Source: Candidatus Wirthbacteria bacterium
Lineage (GTDB): Bacteria; Patescibacteriota; CG2-30-54-11
Reading direction: 5' to 3'
Length of the DNA stretch: 64,000 nt
Assembly (NCBI GenBank): GCA_903889905.1
Contig: CAISZI010000050.1
Span: 45,294-109,293, forward strand
A program made the translations under genes and the position numbers. Numbering within the stretch: the stretch's first letter is position 1; each line of letters starts with the position of its first letter. This document shows, in pieces, positions 56,058-64,000 of this stretch. The notes below the pieces were generated by a model. It did no database searches, was not told where the DNA came from, and saw nothing but the letters and a program-made list of their open reading frames with translations.

Positions 56058-57317
56058 ATGGCCACCATTTCATCCCTCAAAGCCCGTGAAATTCTCGACT
56101 CCCGCGGTAACCCCACCGTCGAAGTCGATGTCACTCTCAATGACGGCAGTTTTGGCCGTGCAGCTGTTCCCTCTGGCGCCTCTACTGGTTCCCATGAAAT
56201 GCTCGAACTCCGCGATGGTGACAAAGCCCGTTACCTGGGTAATGGCGTACTCAAAGCTGTGAGCAACGTCAAAGAAATTATCGCGCCCAAAGTCATCGGC
56301 ATGGACGCCAACAACCAGGCTGACCTCGATCACACCATGATCGCGCTCGACGGCACACCCAACAAATCCAAACTCGGCGCCAATGCCATCCTGGGCGTTT
56401 CTATGGCGGTCATGCACGCCGCGGCTGCTGCCAAAAATATTCCACTTTACCAACATGTTGGTGAACTTTTTGGCAACACGAATTTCATCCTGCCCCAGGT
56501 CATGTTCAATGTCCTGAATGGCGGCAAACACGCCAACTGGGCGACTGACGTGCAGGAATTTTTCATCATCCCCACCTCCAAAGCCATTCCCAAATACGCC
56601 GACCGTCTGCGGGCTGGCGCTGAGGTTTATCATCATTTGAAAAAGATTTTGTCCGCCAAAGGTTACACCGTTTCCGTGGGCGACGAAGGTGGCTACGCTC
56701 CCAAAGAAATGTCCTCCAATACCGAACCTGTCGAAATCCTGCTGATGGCCATCGAAAAAGCTGGTTACAAAGCGGGCACCGACATCGTCCTCGGCTTTGA
56801 CGCCGCGGCTTCGGAATTTTACAAAGACGGCAAATACGAACTCAAAAAAGAAGGCAAATCCCTGACCTCATCCGAGTGGACCGAAGTCGTTAAAGGCTGG
56901 TGCCAGAAATACCCAATCTTCTCCTTTGAAGACATGCACGCCGAAGACGACTGGACTGGCTGGCAGGAATTCACCGCCACCGTGGGCGCGGATCATCAGG
57001 TCGTGGGCGACGACTTGCTCGTCACCAATGCGGAACGTGTGAAATTGGCCATCGAACGCAAAGCCTGCAATTCGCTGCTCGTGAAGGTCAACCAGATCGG
57101 CTCCATCACCGAAACTTTTGACGCCATTAAGCTCACCAACAGTGTTGGCTGGACCAACGTCTTCAGCCACCGCAGCGGCGAAACCGAAGACAGCACCATC
57201 GCCGACCTCGTGGTCGGAACCGGCGCTGGCCAGATCAAAACCGGCGCTCCTGCCCGTGGCGAACGCACCGCCAAATACAACCAACTGCTCCGCATCGAAG
57301 AGCTGCTTGAAAACTAA
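56058..57317 (+). CDS. eno: Enolase (phosphopyruvate hydratase)
   Basis: 'AREILDSRGNPTVEVDV', 'SGASTGSHEMLELRDGD', 'LLVKVNQIGSITE', 'SHRSGETEDSTIADL' are signature enolase blocks. Confidence 0.95.
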   Translation: MATISSLKAREILDSRGNPTVEVDVTLNDGSFGRAAVPSGASTGSHEMLELRDGDKARYLGNGVLKAVSNVKEIIAPKVIGMDANNQADLDHTMIALDGTPNKSKLGANAILGVSMAVMHAAAAAKNIPLYQHVGELFGNTNFILPQVMFNVLNGGKHANWATDVQEFFIIPTSKAIPKYADRLRAGAEVYHHLKKILSAKGYTVSVGDEGGYAPKEMSSNTEPVEILLMAIEKAGYKAGTDIVLGFDAAASEFYKDGKYELKKEGKSLTSSEWTEVVKGWCQKYPIFSFEDMHAEDDWTGWQEFTATVGADHQVVGDDLLVTNAERVKLAIERKACNSLLVKVNQIGSITETFDAIKLTNSVGWTNVFSHRSGETEDSTIADLVVGTGAGQIKTGAPARGERTAKYNQLLRIEELLEN

Positions 57318-57392
57318 GGCCCAAAAGATTTAAACTACGGTCAATTGAGTCCTGTTCTTCGCTTTCGTTTAAACTGCTTGAGACAAAACAAA

Positions 57393-58580
57393 ATGGAAAT
57401 GGACACGCTTTCGCCTCCGCCTGCTGCACCGGTTGATCCCAATGATTACGCAGGTTGGTTACGCTCCTTCCGCCGCATCGGGCCCAAAATCACCGAACAC
57501 ATCATGGCACTCTACCCCAGCCGCGCTGAACTCGCGCAGGCCACCGCCGAACAGTTGGTGCAAAAAATCAAAGGACTGACGGCCATGAGCGCCAAAGCCA
57601 TGATCGAAGCGGCCGCACAGATTTCGGCCAAGGTCGAAAGTGTTCCTACCGTAGCCGAAATCCGTCGCACGCAGACGACCTTTACCCCACCGGTGGAAGA
57701 AGCAGAAGCCGAGGAAGAAGAAGCCAGTGCCGATAACACCGACGCTGGCATGGGACTGTTCAGCAAACCACTGGATTTTCGGCCCGTCCGCGAAAAACCC
57801 GTCACACCGCCTGTGTCAATTGACGCTTTGCGCCGCCGGCAACAAATGCCCAATTCGCTTTCCTTTGGTCCCAAGCCTGCAGAACAACCCGCCGAAGAAG
57901 CCAAAGCCGACTTTGCCACCTTCAAAAAACCCGACGTCCATGTCATCTACAGCGCCGGCAAACAAAAACAAGTCCGCGCTGAACCCACTACCAAGGCACC
58001 ACCGGGCAATCCCCTTCTGCACACCGTGCTGCCGGTACTTTTCATCCTGGTGGGTGCCGGCCTGATTGGCGTCTCAGCCTGGTTTTTGATCAAATCCAAT
58101 GCCGACAATCCATCTGTGACCAATAGCGCACCCGTAGCCCCCATCTCCGCGCCTGTCTCGGCCACGGTTTCGGATATTGACCTGCAAAAACTGCAACAGG
58201 ACGCACTCAAACTCATCCAGAATCCCATCCCAACGACCACGCCGCCCGCTACCGCCCCTGCCATAACACCTACGCCAACGCCAACGATCCCGACGCTCAA
58301 ACCGGCCGACATCTCCGTTCAGGTGCTCAATGGCAATGGCATCAAAGGTGCGACCACCAAAGCCTTCAATCTGCTGAAGACGGCCGGGTTCAATCCCACT
58401 GCCTCCAACAACGCCAATAATTACGCCTATAAGTCGACCATGCTTTACTTCAGTACCGCAAACCTTGCCAAAGCTGAACTGGTGCAGACGGCACTTACTG
58501 CCCAGTATCAGATCACCATGACCCCCACGCTCTATACCGGCCAAAAACTGGACGTCGTTGTGGTACTCGGCGCCAAGTAA
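57393..58580 (+). CDS. Membrane-anchored protein with C-terminal LytR_C (LytR/CpsA/Psr C-terminal) domain
   Basis: Single TM 'VLPVLFILVGAGLIGVSAWFLI', Pro/Thr-rich linker, C-terminal 'ISVQVLNGNGIKGATTKAFNLLKTAGFNP...VVVVLGAK' LytR_C-like. Confidence 0.5.
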   Translation: MEMDTLSPPPAAPVDPNDYAGWLRSFRRIGPKITEHIMALYPSRAELAQATAEQLVQKIKGLTAMSAKAMIEAAAQISAKVESVPTVAEIRRTQTTFTPPVEEAEAEEEEASADNTDAGMGLFSKPLDFRPVREKPVTPPVSIDALRRRQQMPNSLSFGPKPAEQPAEEAKADFATFKKPDVHVIYSAGKQKQVRAEPTTKAPPGNPLLHTVLPVLFILVGAGLIGVSAWFLIKSNADNPSVTNSAPVAPISAPVSATVSDIDLQKLQQDALKLIQNPIPTTTPPATAPAITPTPTPTIPTLKPADISVQVLNGNGIKGATTKAFNLLKTAGFNPTASNNANNYAYKSTMLYFSTANLAKAELVQTALTAQYQITMTPTLYTGQKLDVVVVLGAK

Positions 58581-58698
58581 AAGACATCATCCCATCGAAT
58601 TTCCCGTAGGGGCGATGCAGGCATCGCCCCTACTTTTTTGTCTGTTTTTTGTTTACAATACAGGCTGCCACCATTTTATTCAGCAACTGGCGTTTTTG

Positions 58699-59481
58699 AT
58701 GTCGTTTTGGGATAAATACCCTTTTGCCAAACTCCTGCTGGTCGAAAGCTGGCTGTTTGTGGCGCTGTCATGGCGGCTCGACAGTTACAACACAGCAGCC
58801 GTCGCTTTGATTCTGTGCGCCGTTGCGCTCACCTGCCTGCAAACGGTCATTTTTGAAATTTTACTCACCGCCATTTGCCCTTTGCTGTTTTTTTACAACT
58901 TTCACTTTCAGATTCCTGCCTGGCCAACGCTGGTGTACTTTGGGGCATTGATTGTCCTGATCAAAAACATCACGCTGCGCCCCGCGCCTGCCCCCAAAAT
59001 CAAAACAAAACCTTTGCCCAAAGTCACTTCTTCTCCCCAGCGCCAGTCCATGCCCGAAGCCTCCTATACCTCGACCATGGCGGGCGTGCTCAATCTACGC
59101 AATCCGACTTTCACGGTTCCAACCCAGGCCGCTCCTTCCGCCCCGGCCTCCTGGTTTAATGATGCGGCAGAAAACGTTGCCACCGATCATTTTGCTTTTC
59201 TTGCTAAAATTCAACTGGGCCTCAGTCAAAAATTAGTGCTGCTAGCCATCGGGTTTACATTGGGATATTTCTGGATTCACCCGTTCTGGCTGGCCAAAGC
59301 CAACAGCACTGACACCTATCATTCCTACCTGCGCACAATTTATCCACCCACGCAGCTCATTGTCACCGCCGGCAGCGATCCCATTACCCTCAAGACACAA
59401 CCTTCCAATAACTATTTTCTTGCTCCTCCCGCCATTTCCAAGGCCCTTTTCTGGAAATTTCCCGTCCCTCCATCCCAATAA
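58699..59481 (+). CDS. Hypothetical polytopic membrane protein
   Basis: The 58558 ORF is hydrophobic across its N-terminal half; start uncertain (possibly MSFWDK at 58699). Confidence 0.35.
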   Translation: MSFWDKYPFAKLLLVESWLFVALSWRLDSYNTAAVALILCAVALTCLQTVIFEILLTAICPLLFFYNFHFQIPAWPTLVYFGALIVLIKNITLRPAPAPKIKTKPLPKVTSSPQRQSMPEASYTSTMAGVLNLRNPTFTVPTQAAPSAPASWFNDAAENVATDHFAFLAKIQLGLSQKLVLLAIGFTLGYFWIHPFWLAKANSTDTYHSYLRTIYPPTQLIVTAGSDPITLKTQPSNNYFLAPPAISKALFWKFPVPPSQ

Positions 59482-59515
59482 CGCCCTTTCTTTCACCCAT
59501 TACACAGGGATAGCC

Positions 59516-60586
59516 ATGTTTGTCTTGATTCCTGCCGGCGGGTCCGGCTCTCGCCTCTGGCCACTAAGCCGCAGCCATTTCCCCAAGCATCTGCTGGATC
59601 TGACCGGGCAAGGCAGCATGATCCAGGTCACGATTGATCGCATTCGCGACATTGTTCCTTTTGACCAGATTTACGTGATTACCGAGGCCAGCCACGCCGA
59701 CGCCATCCGGAAACAATTACCACAGATTCCTTCTCCCAATTTCATTGTCGAACCTGCACGACGTGAAACTGCTGCTGTGATCGGCCTGGGCACGCACTTC
59801 GTTCACCACCACGACCCCAAAGCCGTCGTTGCTTCGCTGCACGCTGACCATATCATTACCAAAGCCAAAGCCTTTCGTGAAATCCTGCAAGCCGCCGAAC
59901 AAGTGGCCACCGCACAGGACGTGATTGTCACCATCGGTATCCACCCAACCTCACCGGCAACCTGCTACGGCTACATCGCCTCGGGCAAAAATATCTTTGA
60001 AGTGGGCTCCACTGCGGTGTTCAAAGTCGACCGCTTTACCGAGAAACCCAATCTGCCCACAGCGCAGGCATTTCTGGCAGCCGGTAATTATTTCTGGAAC
60101 GCCGGCATGTTCATTGCCCGCACCGAAGTGCTGCTCCGTGCCTACCGCCAATTCGTGCCGCAGCTCGCGGACAAACTCGACGAGCTTGCCAAGTACATAG
60201 GGACGCCGCAGGAAAAGGAAATGATCCAGAAGCTCTACGTCGAACTGCCCAAAGAACCGATCGACACCGCCATCATGGAAAAAGCCGACAACATCGTCGT
60301 CATCCCGGCCGACATTGGCTGGAGCGACATCGGCAGATGGGACAGCCTCAAACAAGTCCTGCCCAACGACAGCCAGGGCAACCTGATCAAAGGCGACCAT
60401 ATTGGCATCGACACGCGCGATAGCCTTATTTATTCGTACGGCGGCCGCACCATCGGCACCATCGGCCTCCAGAACATGATCATCGTCGACAACGGCGACG
60501 CCATCCTCGTCTGCCCCATGGACAAAGCCGAACTGGTGAAGAAGTTGCTCAAGAAGGTGGAAGAAGAAAAGAAGCATTTGGCGTAA
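59516..60586 (+). CDS. manC: Mannose-1-phosphate guanylyltransferase (GDP-mannose pyrophosphorylase)
   Basis: 'MFVLIPAGGSGSRLWPLSR...PKHLL' nucleotidyltransferase signature; start moved to 59516 from the ORF-track 59360. Confidence 0.75.
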   Translation: MFVLIPAGGSGSRLWPLSRSHFPKHLLDLTGQGSMIQVTIDRIRDIVPFDQIYVITEASHADAIRKQLPQIPSPNFIVEPARRETAAVIGLGTHFVHHHDPKAVVASLHADHIITKAKAFREILQAAEQVATAQDVIVTIGIHPTSPATCYGYIASGKNIFEVGSTAVFKVDRFTEKPNLPTAQAFLAAGNYFWNAGMFIARTEVLLRAYRQFVPQLADKLDELAKYIGTPQEKEMIQKLYVELPKEPIDTAIMEKADNIVVIPADIGWSDIGRWDSLKQVLPNDSQGNLIKGDHIGIDTRDSLIYSYGGRTIGTIGLQNMIIVDNGDAILVCPMDKAELVKKLLKKVEEEKKHLA

Positions 60587-60708
60587 CTCGTTTCTTTCCC
60601 GCTTTAAGCAGGGGAGGGGGGATTTTCTCTGTCATCCTGAGTGAAACGAAGGATCTCTACTACAAACGTATTAAATCGTTTGGTTTAACCACTTAACGAA
60701 AGTCACCC

Positions 60709-60888
60709 ATGCAATGCGAAAAATGTAAGGTGGAAATGATTAAAGGACGTATTAATGTTTCCTGGCTACCACCAAAGGTAAAAAGCCTCGGAACGGCTCT
60801 ATATCCCTTAAAAGGTGAAGAAAGAATGATCGCCTATAAATGTCCCACTTGTAGCAAAATCGAACTTTACTCCACAAATGAATATTAA
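60709..60888 (+). CDS. Small zinc-ribbon protein (59 aa, CxxC...CxxC)
   Basis: Own translation MQCEKCKVEMIKGRI...AYKCPTCSKIELYSTNEY; two Cys pairs 38 residues apart. Confidence 0.4.
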   Translation: MQCEKCKVEMIKGRINVSWLPPKVKSLGTALYPLKGEERMIAYKCPTCSKIELYSTNEY

Positions 60889-61026
60889 TTTCCATTATTG
60901 GAATCGGCCCTTTCTCCACCCATAAAGGCAATTCAAAATTGCCCCTACACCACCAACCACACAAACCAAAATCCCCGCCCAAGACGTTGCTCTGGACGGG
61001 GATTTGATTATCAACAAAGGATCAAA

Positions 61027-61314
61027 TTAAAAACCATCCTCGTCTGATGGACCTTGCTTTGCATTTCGATAGACTTCCCCTTCAATCTCCGCAAACCTAT
61101 CCTCGCTGACACCCAATGCCTTCACTGCAGCAATAACTCTCCGTTGTCCCCGAAGATCCGTCGGCATTCGCCTTTTAGAAACGGCTAATAATCTTAACGT
61201 CTCGGCTAATCTAAACGTCTTGGCTGCTTTTTCTTCAGAGGTCAAGGGTTGAGTTGTATTATCGTCTGCCATCTTTTTCTCACAATTAATAATTCTGGAG
61301 TCCAAATTATACAA
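61027..61314 (-). CDS. Hypothetical small protein
   Basis: 95-aa ORF (possibly starting at MADDNTT, 61272); no family. Confidence 0.35.
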   Translation of the reverse strand: MYNLDSRIINCEKKMADDNTTQPLTSEEKAAKTFRLAETLRLLAVSKRRMPTDLRGQRRVIAAVKALGVSEDRFAEIEGEVYRNAKQGPSDEDGF

Positions 61315-61369
61315 TATCCACCCAAAACTTGCTATAATCTAATCCATTCGCCCATTATGCCAGCCAAGT

Positions 61370-62461
61370 ATGTCCCCGCTTGATCCCAAATCTTATCTCC
61401 TTTGCCTCGCCCAAATTCCTGGTGTGGGGCCAGCCACACTCAACAAACTGCTGCTGACCTTTGGCTCGGCCAAAGCAGCCTGGACAGCGAGCGCGCAACA
61501 AGTGGCTGCCGCCGGTTTTCAAAACGATGTGGTTAAAAGCTGGGCTGCGACGCAAGTCGCGTTGGATCCCACTGCCGAATGGTCCAAACTCGCCGAATTC
61601 CAGACCACACTACTTACGCCCGACGACAAAACCTATCCCGACATGCTGCGTGAAATCGTACCCATGCCACCGCTACTCTTTGTCCGTGGCAAAGTGGAAC
61701 TCCTGAACACGCCCTGCATCGCCGTCGTCGGCACGCGCAAACCCACAGCCTATGGCACGCAGGTCGCGGAAACGCTGGTGGCAGAACTGGTGCAGGCGGG
61801 ACTCACGATTGTCAGCGGTTTGGCCATGGGCATTGACGCACTGGCGCACGAAACGGCTCTGAGGCAACATGGCAAAACGATTGCAGTACTCGGCTCTGGC
61901 GTGGACAGGATCACACCACAAGCCAACTTTTTCCTGGGTGAACAAATCCTCCAGGAAGGTGCCCTCGTCTCTGAATTTCCTTTGGGCAGCAATTCGGATC
62001 CGTTTCATTTTCCCCAGCGTAACCGCATCGTCAGCGGCCTCAGCCTGGGCACGTTGGTGATCGAAGCCGGCGACAAAAGCGGCACCCTGATCACCGCCGC
62101 CTGCGCCCTGGAACAAAACCGTGATGTCTTTGCCATCCCCGGCCCCATCACCAACCACAAATCCATTGGCACGCATCGCCTGATCCAGCAGGGCGCCAAG
62201 CTCGTCACCTCGGCCCAGGATATTCTGGACGAACTTAATTTGGAGCAAACCACGGCGATCATGACGGCCAAACAGGAATTACCGCAATCACCACTCGAAA
62301 AAGCCATCTACACTCTGCTCATGGAAGACAGTCAGCATCTGGATCAAATTTCCCGTACCCTCCAAAAACCCATTGCCTTGATCAGTTCCACCTTGACCCT
62401 CATGGAAATGAAAGGCATGGTACATTCTACCCGCAGCGGCGACTATTCCATTAAACGGTAA
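61370..62461 (+). CDS. dprA: DNA processing protein DprA (Smf)
   Basis: Rossmann-like core 'IAVVGTRKPTAYG...VSGLAMGIDALAHE...GSGVD', C-terminal winged helix. Confidence 0.8.
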   Translation: MSPLDPKSYLLCLAQIPGVGPATLNKLLLTFGSAKAAWTASAQQVAAAGFQNDVVKSWAATQVALDPTAEWSKLAEFQTTLLTPDDKTYPDMLREIVPMPPLLFVRGKVELLNTPCIAVVGTRKPTAYGTQVAETLVAELVQAGLTIVSGLAMGIDALAHETALRQHGKTIAVLGSGVDRITPQANFFLGEQILQEGALVSEFPLGSNSDPFHFPQRNRIVSGLSLGTLVIEAGDKSGTLITAACALEQNRDVFAIPGPITNHKSIGTHRLIQQGAKLVTSAQDILDELNLEQTTAIMTAKQELPQSPLEKAIYTLLMEDSQHLDQISRTLQKPIALISSTLTLMEMKGMVHSTRSGDYSIKR

Positions 62462-62464
62462 CCC

Positions 62465-63235
62465 ATGTACATCGACACGCACGCCCACCTCACTTCCTCA
62501 CGTTTTACCAACCAAAGCGTGGCCATTGTCGACCGCGCCACCGCAGCGCAAGTCACCACCATCCTCACCATGGGCACCGACTTGCACGACAGCCGCAAAG
62601 CAATTTCCGTGGCCCAGCATTTCCCTCGCGTGTTTGCCGCTGCCGGTATTCACCCCGAAAATCTCGACCACCTGTCTGAAACCTGGCGGACGGATTTGGC
62701 AACAATGCTGCATCTGGACAAAGTCGTTGCTGTCGGTGAAATCGGTCTGGATTATGTCAATGGCAGCCCCGACCATGCTCTGCAACAAAACATTCTGATC
62801 GAGCAGATCAAACTGGCACGGGAATTAAACTTGCCCGTTATCCTGCACTGCCGCGAAGCGTTTGATGATTTGTTCAAACTTATCCAACCTTTTGCACCGC
62901 TCATGGGTGTCATGCATTCCTTTACCGGCAATGCCGCTCAAGCCAGGGAGACGATTGCCGATGGGCTCCATCTTGGTCTGAATGGCATCGTCACCTTTAG
63001 TAACGCCAAAGAATTGCAGGAAGTGACCAAGGGCATTCCCCTAACCCGCATCGTCCTCGAAACCGACTGCCCCTACCTTGCGCCCCAACCGGTACGCGGC
63101 AAATTGAACGAGCCCCAGTACATTCCGATGATCGCCACCAAAATTGCGGAGCTGCTCGAAATTCCTGTCGCCAAAGTCGCTGAGCAAACAACGGCAAATG
63201 CCAGCACACTTTTCAACTTGCCTCAATTTGAATAA
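62465..63235 (+). CDS. tatD: TatD family metal-dependent deoxyribonuclease
   Basis: 'MYIDTHAHL', 'AVGEIGLDY', 'PVILHCREA', 'MHSFTG' TatD metal-site blocks. Confidence 0.85.
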   Translation: MYIDTHAHLTSSRFTNQSVAIVDRATAAQVTTILTMGTDLHDSRKAISVAQHFPRVFAAAGIHPENLDHLSETWRTDLATMLHLDKVVAVGEIGLDYVNGSPDHALQQNILIEQIKLARELNLPVILHCREAFDDLFKLIQPFAPLMGVMHSFTGNAAQARETIADGLHLGLNGIVTFSNAKELQEVTKGIPLTRIVLETDCPYLAPQPVRGKLNEPQYIPMIATKIAELLEIPVAKVAEQTTANASTLFNLPQFE

Positions 63236-63267
63236 AAACAACTCCTTGTCTCACAATAGTAAGGGTT

Positions 63268-63374
63268 GGCGATGATTTTGCCCGCGCAATAGACGAAGCC
63301 ATGCCCAAAACTATTCCTTTTACAACCTAACCTCCCACAACACTCAAGTTGTTTGCACGGGCAAAATCATCGCC
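63268..63374. repeat. 16-bp perfect inverted repeat (GGCGATGATTTTGCCC ... GGGCAAAATCATCGCC) with 75-bp spacer
   Basis: Seen directly at 63268-63283 and 63359-63374, between tatD and the ECF sigma-factor gene. Confidence 0.5.
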
Positions 63375-63475
63375 AGCCCGGCGCCCAAACGTGCAATCTC
63401 ACCATTTTCGAACTGTTCTGAACCCGTCCCCCAGACGTCCTTAGTGGATCAAGTAATTTCTTACCCAGTGTGCCC

Positions 63476-64000
63476 ATGGAAGACTTAGCGCTGGTCAAAG
63501 CTTTCCAGCAAGGTAAAACGTCTGCCTTCAATGCTCTCTACGACCGTTATGCCGATAACGTGTATCGTTTTGTGCGCGCCAAAACGAGCGAGAACGAAGA
63601 GGCCAAAGACATCACTCAGAATGTGTTCCTCGAGGTCATCCGAACCCTGTCCAAAGCCAAAATCACCCGCACCTTCAAAGCCTGGCTATTTGGCATAGCA
63701 GCTAACGAAGTACGCGACTTCTGGATCAAACATTACCAAATGCCAATTGATTCGATTGATCTGCTGCTCGAAAACGGACACGAAGGTCTGCTTCCCCAAA
63801 AACCAGCAACACCCAAGTCAACCAAAGCCCAGGCAGAACTGCTGCAAAAACTCTACGAACAAATTCCCCCAACCCAAGCCAGGGTCATTCACATGCGTTT
63901 TTACCAGGGGCTTACCCGCAAAGAAATTGCGGCAGAACTCCAAGTCCCCGAAGAAACCGTCAAAACCTGGCAATACCGCGCCCTCAAAGTGCTGCGCAGT
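63476..64000 (+). CDS. ECF-type sigma-70 family RNA polymerase sigma factor (3' end beyond window)
   Basis: Own translation: region 2 'AFNALYDRYADNVYRFV...DITQNVFLEV' and region 4 'RVIHMRFYQGLTRKEIAAELQVPEETVKTWQYRA'. The ORF remains open at the window end. Confidence 0.7.
   Translation, partial: MEDLALVKAFQQGKTSAFNALYDRYADNVYRFVRAKTSENEEAKDITQNVFLEVIRTLSKAKITRTFKAWLFGIAANEVRDFWIKHYQMPIDSIDLLLENGHEGLLPQKPATPKSTKAQAELLQKLYEQIPPTQARVIHMRFYQGLTRKEIAAELQVPEETVKTWQYRALKVLRS

Noticed and set aside
59360-59515. N-terminal extension of manC overlapping the preceding membrane-protein gene
   Set aside because: The nucleotidyltransferase signature begins at MFVLIPAGG (59516); the Pro-rich upstream extension is unconserved and overlaps 58558..59481.

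Overview
The window is a gene-dense bacterial chromosomal segment of about 52% GC that uses the standard genetic code (TGA, TAA and TAG all act as stops). The gene content suggests a Gram-positive-type or CPR-like organism.

Recognisable housekeeping genes:
- Cell division and wall: partial ftsA, ruvX-mltG, a LytR_C-domain protein.
- Translation and RNA: rlmD, thrS-miaB, RNase Y, HU, one tRNA-Pro(GGG) on the minus strand.
- DNA metabolism: topA, fpg, nfo, ogt, dprA, tatD, rdgB.
- Other: enolase, manC, ferritin, Nif3, an OmpR/HK two-component pair, a CDF metal exporter, a partial ECF sigma factor, two ABC-2 exporter operons and an MsbA-like exporter.

Accessory and unusual content:
- A cassette at 4673-9508 combining a KamA-family radical-SAM aminomutase, two tandem paralogous RimK-like ATP-grasp ligases of about 480 aa, and a SET-domain methyltransferase. 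Its biochemistry is not predictable from known pathways.
- A GT2 Dpm1/PpgS-like polyprenyl-phosphate sugar synthase, a PIG-L/LmbE deacetylase and a large polytopic GT-C-like membrane protein (31460-35566). This looks like an ArnC/ArnD/ArnT-style lipid-linked amino-sugar envelope modification module, placed next to the two-component system.
- An MBOAT plus SGNH O-acylation pair.
- A domesticated REP-associated tyrosine transposase (RAYT) with dispersed 'GTCATTGCGAG' REP/REPIN elements.
- Recurrent G-run/C-run palindromic hairpins in several intergenic regions.
- A probable T-box leader upstream of thrS.
- A tandem duplication of a YtxJ-like (TCPIS) thioredoxin-fold gene that carried along a remnant of the upstream ABC gene tail.
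- A structured, unassigned intergenic RNA candidate next to the tRNA.

No CRISPR array, rRNA or prophage was seen.
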